Shown here piece after piece: positions 50,546-64,000 of a stretch of 64,000 nt of DNA. A program made the translations under genes and the position numbers. The stretch spans positions 77,376,001 to 77,440,000 of the forward strand of contig CM059435.1 of NCBI GenBank assembly GCA_030390025.1, in the 5' to 3' direction. This stretch comes from Squalus acanthias. Its lineage: Eukaryota. The notes below the pieces were generated by a model. It was not told where the DNA came from. It saw only the letters and a list, made by a program, of their open reading frames with translations, and did not search any database. The stretch's first letter is position 1. Each line of letters starts with the position of its first letter.

Positions 50546-52564
50546 GGCAGCAGAGTTTATATGATATTTTAAGTAAAATTTTAAAAAGAATTGGAAGGGG
50601 TTCGGGAATTGACTCCTTCTTGTTCTTCTTCCAATTCCAGCACAGTGACCACTATAAATGCCTCCATCATAGGTCATGAAGACTCTCAGGCCTGCAGTGG
50701 GGACACACCAGTGGAGCGGCTTCAGCCCAGAGACATTAACAATGGCAGCCTTGGCAGGATCAGCAGCATCACATTCAACAAGCTGCTTTACTGAAAGTGA
50801 AGGGAGCCGAGTGCATATCCTCCTTTTGGGCGATTGCTCATTTTAATTCTGGAAGTTTGAATTATTTTATGCTCCTGTTCATTTCTAGAACGATCATTTG
50901 TAATACGAGTCAGCTAAATTCGCTTTGTTTTGCAACACACAATGTGTCTTGTCAAGTTCTTCACATCTCACAGATGAGCTAATTTAACAGGGTTGCCGTC
51001 TACTTTCAGTAGCTGCTGACTTTACTTCTCTTATTTCAAGTGTTTCTTTGAAAGACAAAACTAGAGTTTCACAATTTTGCTTAAATCAGACATTGATGCT
51101 TTAGTTTAAAAGTTATAACCGATCAGTTGAAGGTTGTGGCTCTGCTGCTCTGACTGGGAGTGTCGGGACCTCACCGCTCCAGTGCACAGCAGGAAGCTGC
51201 AAGAACAAAGCACCAAAAGCAGATCTACAACTGAAGTTGTGTATTTTCCTATCTCTCAACACCAATTTTCATCATTCCTCTTTAATGACTCCTGCTGGGA
51301 ATACTGCACTATATTGGCCACCCTGTTAAAGTAGTCAGTCATTCTTCATATGCAAGCTATTCAACAACTGAGGCATCACAGTCGAGGCTGAACCAGTCCT
51401 CACCCGACACTTGCAGAAGGAATCGCTGGATAGTAAGAAACCAGCCGCCCTTGGACTGGCTGACGTTGGCTAACTCAGAGCTGCTATCAAACCTATGACT
51501 TTCCTAGTGTGTACGGCTCAATTCCACACAAAACAATGCATCAACAACTGACCCAATTAGAATCCCCCACCCCCCCAACAATGGAGTTCTAAAGATCTAT
51601 TTTTCATCTTGTGGAAGACTTACCAAACCCGCTCCCCCCCAAAAAAACTCCAAACACAGCCTCCTCCAGCTAAATATCATTTTATCCTGGCTACAGACTT
51701 CACCGAGTGACTGGAAAGAGAATCCATTTGCGTGGGCTGCACTGGAAATGATTTCTCCTCTCTTTGTTCAGAAGTGGTCTAAGATATGTTCTGGCTGGGA
51801 ACCAAGTATTCAAAACTGGACCTCCAGTGCAGCTTGAAGTAAACCGTACATGTAAAGTGGAAGTGGAATTGTACAGTACAAGCACATCCAATACTGCAAA
51901 CCATGAGGTTTGATCAGGTGACTTCTGAGAGGATTTGATGTTTGAAGCAGGAAGCTGCCATAGGCCAAGCTTTGAAAGTGATTTGACTAAATTGTAAAAT
52001 CAATACAATTCAGTTTCCCATAACAGATTCACTGACAAAACAAAACTGGCCCAATAAGAGGTACAAAGAAAGCTCCCCTGATGGCTCAGCTCGTTAAGGC
52101 AATGAATAGGGGAGGAGAGGAGAGGGGGCATTTGGTGGAAGGGGAGATTTAAAAAAAAAGTAAAATAAAAAAAGTGTGGAAGCTGAGCTGACATGGTTCT
52201 TTAAGAGCAAAGGATTGTACCCCAATAGGCTACAGTCTCGCACTGTGCCACTTGTTTGGCTGGAGAGAGGATCAATGCTGAGGCACATCCCCATAGGCGG
52301 AGAACACTGCTTCTGTCGCTAATGGAAGTGACTCCGGCTGCTGGACACCGAAGGTAGAAATCCTCCCATTCGGCAGAATCACTCAGGAAAGCCGAGGGAA
52401 GGGGGGGGGGAAATGGATGACAATGCAGGGAAGAGTGAAAGCAGAAGGAAAAATGAAGGAAAAGGGACAAGTTCGGTGTGACATTTAGAGGTGGGGAGGA
52501 AGGGGAATGCCAGCACTAGCTTGGGGGGGGTGGGGGGAACAAAAAGGACAAGGACAAATGAATT

Positions 52565-52830
52565 GGGAGGGTTGGAGGGGAAGAGTATCTCTGAGGTGGG
52601 TCTGGGGGAGTCAGTGTCCCAGTGCAGGGGGTTGGAGGGGAGAGTATCTCTGAGGTGGGTCTGGGGGAGTCAGTGCCGGTGTGTAGGGGGTTGGAGGGGA
52701 GAGTATCTCTGAGGTGGGTCTGGGGGAAGTCAGTGCCGGTGTCCTAGTGCAGGGGGTTGGAGGGGAGAGTATCTCTCAGGTGGGTCTGGGGGAGTCAGTG
52801 CCGGTGTCCCAGTGCAGGGGGTTGGATGTG
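52565..52830. repeat. G-rich minisatellite, ~4.2 units of ~59-66 bp
   Basis: Unit ggggttggaggggagagtatctctgaggtgggtctgggggagtcagtgccggtgtcccagtgca repeated in tandem. Confidence 0.95.
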
Positions 52831-54835
52831 GGAGGGTGAAAGTTGAGGAGACTTGGGGAAAGGGGTGGTCTAGTTTGTTGAAAATCCAAATATCACTTTG
52901 TTTTTCCCTTTTTAAGCTTGTAAATCTATTAATTGTGAAGTATAAAAGTCCTTAAAATGAACAAGAAGGCACCTTTTTAAAAAATTCTAATATGTTTCAG
53001 GGGGTGCATGCCCCCAGATACCCTACAAATACATCACCAAATTTGTGGCATCAATATTTGGATTTCCCCCATCATGTGGTGACTTATTTGAGGAAAAAGC
53101 ACGTCGAGAAATGCTGGGCATATCCTGCAGCTCAAATGACAAAGCCTGTGCAACCGACTTGTTTCCACGTACCAAGGGCTAATAATGGCGCCATTTCTGA
53201 GGCTTTCACTTTTTGAAGATGTTGGGACAGCTTTTATTGTTTCACAGCAAAGACACAAGAGCAGGTTACACACGCACCCTCTCAGCCAAGGTGCAAGGAG
53301 TCTGGGCAAGGGAGAAGGAAGGAAGAGAAGGTCTGTCCAGTAATGAAAAGACATCATAACACTCGCCGAATCTGGGCCCCATCATTTAGGGGTTCGGGAA
53401 ATTCCCCGACACTTTCACTTGTAATCTCTGGCGTTCCTCCTTTGTACTTTTCTAATGAAGCCACTTGGCAGCAAACCCTCTTATCTGTTTTCCTTCGTAA
53501 CTTACTCGCTTCCTGCCAACAGCGCTGTGTAATCACCGACCAGCAGCAGCCAGAGAGCATTCTGCCCTGACCTTTCACTCATTATCACCTGGGGACTGGT
53601 AAGTACATCACTTCTACCCATTGCTTCCACGACCTGCTTGAGATCTGAGGGTTTTATCCATGTGGGGAGATTACAGTCACTAAACAGCTGCATGGTGCAG
53701 CTGTCAGAGTCCAACAGCCTGAATCCCACCATTCCACAGTGGGAGTCAAAGCACCGAGATGCTACATCGCCAGATTCCATTCTAGAGAACAGTGAGAGCG
53801 TGGTCCCTTGTAAAATACAGAAGATTCACTGAACAGACTGCCACAAGGGCCTTATTAAACAAATTCAAATGTTTGAATATTTTCTTTCTTGCAAGAAAAT
53901 AAAAAGACATTTAACATTTATCGGGCTGCACAGCCCCCATTTGTACATGGTTGAGTGGCATTTCTGATTTGGTTACTATCCATTGCTTGAACTGTAGTCT
54001 TCAATAATTCACAATTGACAGCTGAGGCTCCAACCTGCCGATTCAGGAGCTATGAAGGCATATTCTGGTTACCATGGAAACAAACATGCCCTCTCCAGAT
54101 TCCTGGAACGAACAAACTTCAGCCATACAGCAGAGGTCATGGTTCAAAAGGTTGCAGATTGTGCTGAATGTCAGGCCATCAATCAGAGGAAGCTGCTCAA
54201 TAGAAGGCAGCCAATCTTTTTAAAACTAAACATTTACATTTCAGAATAGTAACTCGCATCCAATTGATGGCAGCAGAAATATAAAATGTGTATTTTAAAA
54301 TCATTCCATCCTCTCAGTCTGCCATCTTCTCTCACCTCCAATGCAGTCTTCCTTCAGCTGGGGGCAGGGCAGCTGGCCAGTTGGAGCCAACTGCCCCCTC
54401 CCCAAACCAAACATGCTCCACGCAAACTGACAGGAGGCAGTGCTTTGTGAAAGGAGTGGTGATGGACATGCTGAGAGGCAAGTGGTGGTGGTGGAAATGA
54501 AGAAAAGCCTCAAAAGAAATTGTTCTGCCCAAGATACTGGAATAGGTCATTGGCAGCACTCAGATTCGTTCTAAATTGCAGAATGTGAACACTTGAATAT
54601 AATGTATTCACAATAAGAGATCAAATTCACGATCAATTGTTCCTCCATGGCTTTATTCAGATATTTCTCCTGTACTCAGCGTCAAAGACCATTCCTGTAA
54701 GTGAGTCCTCACTTCCCATCACCAGAGTGTGACTTTGTGCACACAATATCTGCTAACATTGTGTTGTCCAGGGTCAAATGAAACTTTTGTTACTAAAATA
54801 CACACTGAATTGACACGAGCCCTCTAGTCTTCAGC

Positions 54836-54962
54836 ACAAAAAGAAAATACTGCAGATGCTGGAAATCTGAAATAAAAACAGAAAATGCTGGAGATACTCA
54901 GCAAGTCAGGCAGCATCTGTGAAGAGAGAAACAGAGTTAACGTTTCAGGTCGATGACCTTTC
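54836..54962 (-). mobile_element. Short Penelope terminal-repeat insertion with a partial hammerhead and a 9-bp flanking direct repeat
   Basis: GTCTTCAGC at 54827-54835 and 54963-54971; minus strand GACGA-A-AGGTC-atc-GACCT-GAAACGTTA-actctg. Confidence 0.85.
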
Positions 54963-55542
54963 GTCTTCAGCGCTGGTTCTTCGACTATCTGATCACGTGA
55001 TTCGGGTTAAAAGTTAAATCGCAGAATCCGTCAATTTCATTTAATTGCAGAACTTTCTACCTCCGCTGCTATAAAACATGCAACATTTTGCTAACCCTCT
55101 TCGCAATAGAGATCAGCGTCTAACTTAACTTGTATGTGAGGCTTCATCCACCAAGAGAGTCTTCAGCATCTATCTTGAAAGGACAAACCTGTGACATCCT
55201 AGAAACAATTGGAACTGTTGAGGTGATTGCTTACAGTCACCTGCCTCAACAAAAGGACAGACCTTGTGGTATTTCCAAACACACGTGAAGAATGTGGATT
55301 ATCCTCTGACCAGATAACGTAAGCCAACAGTAAGCAAAATTTAAGGTGACTAGTCACATCTCAAATAGGCAATACTGTACAAATATATAGACTTCATTGT
55401 TGCATTGTGACAAAACCCCTATCCGTCACAGGTAGGATAAGTCACATGACATCAGATCACTTCTGTTGGGAAACCACAACAGCCAATCCATTCATGCTTA
55501 TGTTTGTGCCGTTGTTAACGTGTTACTTCATCCAAGGAGACT

Positions 55543-56236
55543 GGCTGGAGTTTCCACCTAGGCTGCAACCGGGAAATTGCACCCAAAATTGCCCCGAAGC
55601 TGCACCAATTTTGCCGATATCAAGTTACACCCAAGTATCCTGCCAATCTATTTCGAATACGCCCCAACTTAAAATGGGCATACATTAGCATAAACAAACA
55701 GGGCCCAAGGAAACACCAACCCCAAACCAGTATCTTTCTTCTTTGAGTCTTAACATTTAAAGTTTCAATTCATTTCACCATCCTTCATACACATCAGGCA
55801 CAGCATGTTTAAGAACCTGCAATTGGGGTAGCTTTACAATTTTTATTGTAAATTATACTTTCCAATAAAAATGCATTAAAAGAAACAGAAAATACAGAGC
55901 AGGTCTTGGAGGTAAGATTTTTTGAAAATGCTCAAAAAATTGCAATTAAAACAGAAAAATGACTGTTTCCTGCTGCACCTGAAAATCTGGACACAATGCT
56001 GAGAAACCCGCGAACAAGCACAATCGGAGGACACTCGCAGAGAGTTGGGGACGTGACCAGTTTTGTGGGTGGAGACTCGTTCAGACAGACGTAAAAGATC
56101 GAGGAGACTTGAGCGTATTGTAGTTGCACGGGCAACTCACTTATGCCCAAAATTCCGTGATCTGTTAAGCCACATAATTGGTATGTGCCCAGGTTGCGTG
56201 TGTTTTGGGGCATGATTGCGGAGGAAACATCTGGCC
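55543..56236. mobile_element. Probable Harbinger-type MITE
   Basis: Ends ggctggagtttcc / ggaaacatctggcc, CpG-rich arms and AT-rich core, size similar to the other MITEs; TSD not conserved. Confidence 0.5.
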
Positions 56237-57974
56237 AGCGGTGGATGTCCAGTGGGTTAGCACACCACCCTTTCACCAGGGAGAAGCAGCTTCAAATCCA
56301 GCCCAGACTGATGGGAAACATGTCTTTCTCTGCTGGTTGTAGGAGAAGTTGAATTTGAACAGTCTGAACAAGTCATCTTGCCCTTCATTTGTAATCTCCC
56401 CCAATCAGATATGGCTGGTGTGTGAAACAGGAACATCTCTAGTTTTTTTTAAATTAATAAAAATGTAAAAAAACTGGTTCAGTTAATTTGCAAGACCAAT
56501 AACCATAGAAACCATTCTAACAACCATCCATGGTGAAAATGTAATCAGGCCATTCAATTTTATATTAAAAACAAATACACAAATCCGATTTGAAATTAAC
56601 CTGGTAGCAAAGAATAGTTGGCGAGAGAAACAAAAACCTTTGGGCACAGTATTTGTTTTAGAGCTTGAATGCCACGGAGTGCATTTCCTAGGAAACGTAC
56701 ATATTGTCCAGTGCTAAATAATTACACTTCAAAATGGAACTAATTAAAATCTATGATAGAGAATTGTAGCCAGACCCATTGCAGTGCTCATAAATAATTA
56801 TCAAAGTGCACTTATTCCCTAGGCAATTACCACAGAGTTGGATTTTCTGTAGTCCTGAATAATTTGCTGCTTTTAATGGATGGGGGGCACAGAGTAGGGG
56901 AGCTGCTTTCAGTCAGGATCAGTCGCTGGAATTAACCCCGCTTGCTGTCTAGCTGTGCCCACAACTTTGATTCCCAGGGGAAACTTGCGATGCCACAGCT
57001 GCTGTACCGATCACAAAAAGCAAAAATTAAAAATATTCCAGTGAACTGTACTGAGACCCAGGGGGAGGGGAGGGAGATAGACCCCGGAAACCATCCCTGG
57101 GGTCTTTATTTTGTGCCACAAGCCAAAATTGCTGACCCTGCTCCATCATCCAGTATAAAATCATCTGTGTTGTGCATCACCACTCAGCAAATGCTGATAC
57201 CACTGGCTCCTCCCCACTCACCACTCTGCAATTTGCTCCAATCTCCTCAGGTTGTTGGTGTCAGATTCAATTGGAAAAAAAGAAAATCACTGTTCATGGC
57301 TCAATAACTTTTAGTGAAAGTAGTTTTTAAAAATCACATTTGATATGTCAAAGCCTTTTAATCTAAAGCAACATAGAGCGCCGCGCGGAGATACACAGCG
57401 CACTGGTCGGGTTGCCAACCTGCCAGGATTGTCCTGGAATCTTCAGGAATTAAAGATTTTTTTAAAAGCGTTCACAGTAAAAAAAAAACTACAATCAATG
57501 CGTCATGTTTTGGTGTCTCCGAGCACCGAATATCAGAAGGCTAGTAGATGCATCATTAGCACAAGGCAAGTGATTCTATTTGGAGGAATGCTAGGATACA
57601 ATTTTCAGATCCTAGAGCAGTGTCCTGGAATCTTCCTTTGCAAATAGTGAATCTAGAACATCAGGGCATGATCACAACACAAATATCAATCAGGCATGCT
57701 GACTACATACATCATTGTGCTTATTTCTATGAATACCCTAACAACAGAAGCCGTAAAGGGCCGTTCAGCTCATCAAGCCCACTCCTTTCGAAAGGAACGC
57801 AGACAACTGTCTCTCTCATGGGCTGCACCGAAGTTATTAGCGACGCTTTCACATTTAATGCTTCTGTAGTCTGGGTCAAAGGAAGGAAGTGCCGGTTCCC
57901 TTATCCTGATAGCAGAATTAGAGACTTACAAAAACATCGGTTTATAATTCTGCCATCAGCGTAAAGCTTATAGC

Positions 57975-58130
57975 AACGACGTGCATTTATATAAGGCCTT
58001 TCACAGAGTAAAATGTCCCAAAGCACTTCACAAGAGCGTAATCAGACTGAATTTGACACAGAGCCACCTAGAGATATTAGGACAGGTGACCAAAAACTTG
58101 GTCAAAGAGGTAGGTTTTAAAGAGTGACTC
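57975..58130 (-). mobile_element. L2-type LINE 3' end fragment
   Basis: tgcatttatataaggcctttcac...attaggacaggtgaccaaaaacttggtcaaagaggtaggttttaa. Confidence 0.75.
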
Positions 58131-59333
58131 AAGGTTGTTGTTGTTTATTAGGCTTCTAAAAGGGAGAACATTCTGGAGGAAATTTCTGGGCCTGCAAAAG
58201 TAAATGAGTGTGCAGAAGAAGCCAAGGTGATTAATTTGCAGACAGCTGTAAAATCTTACACAGGGCCTCCAGGAAAACTTAACTGACTGGAGTTTTGCAG
58301 GGTATACAGCTATGGAATTGCCTTTCTGGTGATGGATAAGAATTTTGTTCTGTCTAAAACCCATTAAGCAGCTGTCTTTGAACTGCAGCCTCAGAAAATC
58401 TTGTGTGGACAGGAAATTAAGTGTAATTTTGGAAGTGTTACTCAGGCATTCTGCTCAGATATCCTGTACACAAGAAAACAAAACAGTTTGGTGCTCAGAC
58501 ACAATGCCCTCAATAAACACTTTTTTTTAAATTTTACACAGAGAACCATCAGATAAGAGGAGGACCCTTAAATAATGAACAAATTAAACTGGTTTGTACT
58601 GCATGGTTTACTTTATTTTAAAATGCATTATTTCCACCAGGCAAATACATGAAAAATGTTATTTATTAGTTTAAAACAAATATATTTTCTCTCCAGTCCT
58701 CAGACCACCATTGACTACAGTCAAAAGGATGATGAAATGGCCTATTCGCTAGTCTTTGTCACTGTCAGAAACTACACGCAAGAACAAGTCCTGGACTTTC
58801 CAATTTAGCTTTTTTTGGAGGTGGGTGAACCATTTCTCGATGTGCCACTTTGATGCATCAATATGCTGCTCTATGTATGAACTACCTTCATGTTGGAGAC
58901 TTGATCCTGAACCCCAGCCTGCAGTGACATTCCTACCTGCTTCTTCCCAAATGAAGGAGGGAATCAAGTTCATTTGACAGCTTGTGCTCGGGACACTAAA
59001 CTGAATATTTAGGAGTCAAGAGAAATTCAACACTTTCCTCTCCTAGAAGGTTTTACCAAAAGCTTTTCATTTCACTGGGAGATTAATTAAATTGGAGCAA
59101 ATCCAAAAGTGATACATAGGCTATTTGAAGGAGCAAGCTTTCTTGCCAGTTCTCCAAGTAGCCTTTTCTTGCTCCATATTTTTTTATGTACTTAAAAGTA
59201 TGGGATCAATTAGCTAAAACTAAAAGAGGAAGTCCAAAGAGTGGAAAGTTCAGTTAACAGCAAGTTATTTGGTTGAAAAGTTCAGAAAAACAAGGCATGA
59301 ACTAATTAATAAGAAATTTCTTCAATTGATTTA

Positions 59334-59555
<222 letters not shown>

Positions 59556-61722
59556 TTACCAACATCTTGTGTAATTAACTTCTGCCAACAGAACTCCAAA
59601 CTCTAGTCTCCCCTCACTGAAATGCTGTTCGCACAATACAGTCCACAGTTCTAGCCCCATGGGCCAAACCTTTATAATGAAGTAGACCAAACTAATTGAA
59701 AAGAGCATAGACAACTGGGTTCTCTCAGCAGTGGTAGGCAGGGATTCTGCTCTGACTTTTCCCCTCCCTATTTGAAATACCTTTATCAGAACATTGTTTG
59801 ACAACAGCTCCAAACACTGTGGAAGACGTTGCCATGCTAGGGAGAGTTACTAGCTTACCGTTCCATTATTGTAATAATTTGGCTTTTCCCTACGGTAAAT
59901 GGAACACTTGTAAATTAAATTTCATAATGCACTTCCTAAAACATGTTGCTATTAAAATCAAGTTTGGTGACGTGCTGACACTGAAGGTGCAACCCACAGT
60001 TTCAGTTCACTTTCAGTAACTGAAGGGCTGCAGCAAGATGGTTTTACAAACAGCGACTACTATTATTGTTCAACATGCAAGAAAAGGCCAAACCTTTGTG
60101 ACTCATGGAAACCTGTAACAGGAAGCCAGAATTTTTTGGATCACAACAGGTATTAAAAGGCACTCAGTTTGATGTTGACCAAAATTGCAGCAATGATTTA
60201 TGGCTGCCTGAAGTTTTCACCGAGTATGAAGGCAATTGTTGCCTTGTAAAGCACCTTCGCTGAAAGGTCTATGCCAATACAGGATGCAAGGATGGCCTTG
60301 GTTAGCCCATGCCATCACATCGACCCAATACATTTCTTCAATATATAAAAATTAACACACAAAAACTGCATTCATGATTTTTGCAGATATGGCATTTGCT
60401 GCAATACAGATTAACCAGGAAGTGTTCAAAAATATTTTTAGGGCTTTATTGTTCCAATAAATTGAGCATATTCAAACCATAAAGGGCATTAACTCAGCTG
60501 GGTTTAAATTGCAAAACCTGGTACTTGGTATTAATGGGCTCTGATTTTGCATCTTTGAGTAGATTTGTGTGTTGATAGACAGGACACTGGTGATGTGGGG
60601 AAGAGTCCTTTAGTGTGTCAAGCAGATTCAAGTACTTAAAAACACATACTATATTAAAGCTGGTTTATTTCTTGCAAAAAAAACCAGAAAACAATTGAAA
60701 GTAATAAATCAGAAAACAATTGATTGTTAAAACCCCACTGCTGTCTCCAGTTATCAGACAATACAAGTTATCTAAACCTACAGTGGGCAGGGCACAATAG
60801 AAGTTAGGTGGCTGAGGAGAGCAATACGAGCTGGCAACTTCTCCACAAGCACAATCTGGAGTAATCTGAAGTTGGAGTGGGCAGTATGTTAATGACTATA
60901 TGTGGTTACGAGGGTACAAACGAGTCCATTTTAAGAGAAAAAGAAATATTCTCAAACATTTATATTCAGCAGTGTTTGTGTGCATTGAGATTAGGATTGC
61001 CAGTACTAAGAATGGAACAATTCCCTAGTGTCAGCTTGGACAATTCCCGTGTCAGGTGTTGTATGTACTTACAGGGGAAAACACACACTACACTCATCTA
61101 ATCCCAGTTTTTGCAGACTGCCTCCTCCTGTACCACTAACTTTCCATTTCTCACACCACCCATCCAGTGGCCTGAAATTGACAAATGACCAGATTTCTGC
61201 TATCCGGTAATCCCACCACAAGTGGGTTGAAACTTCTAACAAAGCCAGGAGAGGAGAGAGAGAGAGAATAATGTACATCCCTTCTATTTGAACCTTCCTC
61301 CAAAATGAAGTTATTCTAACTCTGTGCCCCCACTTCCTGCAGAAAAAGTTTCAATTGGCTGCAGAGTAATGCAAAACCTACTCTACAATGGATTTACATA
61401 ACCCAAGAACCTTCCATAATTTTGTACAAGAGTTAGTGCTGCCAGCAGCAACCGACTGAAAAAAAAAAAAAAATGTCCAGATCTACAATTTTATGGAAAC
61501 TGTAAACTCCAACTCCAATAAACTTTAGATTTTTACTTCACTAGTGTTCATTGCACCATTTGGCTTTACTTTGTTTTATGTAGGTTCTCCTACGCAATAC
61601 ACATCATTGTAAATTAGACCATTGTGGGATTTTACTAACCCACAACGCGCTTAAGTCCTTAGCAAATTCTGGCCAGCTCTGGGACAGGCAGAATGAAGAG
61701 CTAAGCCACTTTAATATATAAT

Positions 61723-62463
61723 GGGCTGGATATTCCGATGCCTACGGGTGTGTACGAGCTGTGTACACACACGTAGGGACATCGGAAATGCCGGTTTCAG
61801 ACATGCACAGCCCATGCGCTGAAAACCGGCATTTCCGATCTGTCAAGAATGCGAGAGATCGGACGCCTGCCCTGGAGAAGGGCCTCTGCGGGGGGAGAGT
61901 TCCGCTTTCTGGAGAACCTCCGCCCACAGGAAACCCTTAGAAATCTTACGCCTGGTAAAAGCAAGCGTAAGGCCTGCTTTTACCAGCATAAGATTTGAAA
62001 AAAAGAACATTTTTTCCACTCATTTATCATTTAAAAATACTTTTAAAAAGTTTATTTTTAACCCCGTAAAAAACTTTAATTATTTTTTTCAAAAAATTAA
62101 ATTTTTGTTTAAAATATTTAGTTTATTGTAATTTCAACTAATTTTAAAAATTTGATTTAAGAAAATGTATTTAATGTTTTACAGTGTTTTTGGGGTGTTC
62201 TCCATTCATATATTTGACAGGTCTATCTGTCAAGTGTATGATGGGTGATTCCCTTTTCTTTGATTGGCTCCCCATGGCCCACGTGATCCCAGGGATGCTT
62301 ACGAACCGCATGCGCCCCTGGGATACGTGGACCTGCGCACTTGCAGTTGGAGGCGCCCAGGAGCGGAAGTGGAGGCGCCTTGGGAGCCCTCAGTAAGTTC
62401 GTAGACTTTTTCCAGATTGGAGGCCTCCGCACGCGGGAAGCCTCTGATTGGAAAATACGGCCC
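61723..62463. mobile_element. PIF/Harbinger-type MITE, relative of 30943-31705
   Basis: Ends gggctggatattcc / ggaaaatacggccc; TAA on both sides if one more base is included; internal blocks collinear with 30943-31705. Confidence 0.8.
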
Positions 62464-64000
62464 ATAATATGTGCAGGTTGTTGTGGGCGGGGGGGGGGGG
62501 GTGGTGGGGGGGGTGGAATGCAGAGAAATGAAGTACTGTAACCTAAACACCCAGCATCACCAATTACTGTTCCATCGATCAGTTGAAGCTTTCCTTCACA
62601 GCAAGCCAAGCGTTTTTGTACACAATAAAATTTGGGGTCAGTTGGGAACATTTTAGGACTTTAACTGCTGCTGCTGATTGTTCCTCCTCCAACCAGAGTG
62701 GAGGCAACAAGTCTCTCTGCCCGTCAGCCACAAATCTCCAATCAGCAGTTAAAAGAACAGTGACCTAGGTCCCAGGAATCTTAAACTTTCTCATCTCTCA
62801 TTTGGTGTAGATGGTGCATCTTGTAGTTAGATTGATGTACTTATTGACTTAGTGCAAAGAGCCTCTTAAAGACACTTGTTCTCTTCCTATACCATTTAGA
62901 GTCTGTGTTGAGCTTAGTCCCCTTTCCCAACATTATCTTTGTATTGTGTACTGGGAAAATCCAATCTCAAAAACAAGTCAAATATATCTGAACTTAAAAA
63001 TTAATAATGCGTTAACTGCAATGCAAATGACATACACAGGAACCTAGGAGAAGTGCCTCATGATATGTCCTTAATCTGTCAACAAAGTTACAGCCAAGGG
63101 GCTGGTTTACAACTGAATATTAGTGCTGAAATAATAAACAAAGAAGCCATAAATAATCGTTGTTATATGAGCGGAACATGTCAGAGCATTATAGTGATGG
63201 GACAGGTTGTAGAGAGGCATTTTATTAGGTTCTCTATTAATAAGGAAGTCATAAACAAATGTCAGAGGTCAGAGCAATGAGGAATGATGACCTGTCCCTC
63301 ATGAATGAGTGAAATATGATCTCTCTAAATCTGCAATGCTTCATGTTCCCGTGATGGCCTCACTCATGGGATTTTTAAGCATAAATCATGTTATGTTGCT
63401 TTAACACGACGAAACATCTCTTTTGGAAACAGGTTGCTCTTCAAAAAATAATTAAACATGCACATGGGTCAAAATTTGCAACAGGTGGGCACTGAACCAA
63501 ACAGCAATAAAAATCACCCATCATAAAGTTCAGAAAAAACACAAATTAAAAAAAGAGGGTGGTCAGCAACCAATTAAAAAAATTTGAATCAATGAAATTG
63601 CTTCATTTTTCTTGTGCAGTTGGTTGGAGCTGCCAGTTGGACTTCTGCCAGTTGAAAATTTATAAGTAAAAGTAACACTTACAACATAAGACATTAACCG
63701 ATTCTGCATAAAATGGAGATTCTTTCTCAGGGTTTCCTGTGTAGTAAATCCATGAAAAAAAATCTTGGACCATCGTACTCCTGTGTCATGATCTTGAAGC
63801 TCAACTTGGAGTACTTGGCTACGGCCTGAATTATTGGGTGGGTCTGCGCTGAACCGTTTCCTGTAAATCCTTGGTTCCTCTTAGTTGACCACAGACCATA
63901 TCAATTGTAGTAAGTCTAGCCAGTGCCTTCTCTCTTCATGTTGGCTCCATAGTGCAGCTATACCTTTCCCTTCTGAGTCAAATTAACATTCACAAAGCGT

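Noticed and set aside
52565-52830. CRISPR-like array
   Set aside because: Tandem units with no unique spacers, in eukaryotic DNA: a minisatellite.
53354-53806. Overlapping minus-strand ORFs with a GA|GTAAGT donor near 53505, as an alternative exon
   Set aside because: The frame compatible with phase-0 exon 3 contains a stop, the acceptor is weak, and no homology was recognised.
54930-54975. Active hammerhead ribozyme
   Set aside because: Core spacing is non-canonical and the 5' strand of stem I is missing; reported only as a relic.

Overview
Vertebrate, almost certainly cartilaginous-fish (shark-like), genomic DNA, judged from SacSINE1-type Deu-SINEs and CR1/L2/Penelope repeats. The main feature is a minus-strand KIAA0930 orthologue. 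Nine GT-AG coding exons (59500 down to the TAG at 25816; 1142 nt, 379 aa plus a split Gly) splice into one open frame; the first coding exon was not found and probably lies beyond 64000. A repeat-poor ~10 kb stretch (about 15825-25815) looks like its long 3' UTR. Bases 1-4120 look like the 3' UTR of a convergent plus-strand gene (NUP50 by human synteny, inference only). The rest is intronic or intergenic DNA with CR1, L2, I-group (Vingi-like) and Penelope retroelements, several tRNA-derived SINE families, a probable solo LTR, a Harbinger transposase fossil with matching MITEs, a hAT MITE and minisatellites. No prokaryotic-type system is present. The most notable observations are: a decayed duplicate of exon 4 that keeps its acceptor and has an in-frame stop; an unexplained ~165-nt multi-branch fold-back between that duplicate and the real exon; an exon 7 that starts with GTAAGT behind a (UG)n tract; two unrelated LINEs inserted at the same palindromic SINE site; MITE hairpins with compensatory changes; and Penelope end-fragments all cut off at the hammerhead CUGA box. 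Repeat boundaries are read by eye and are approximate.
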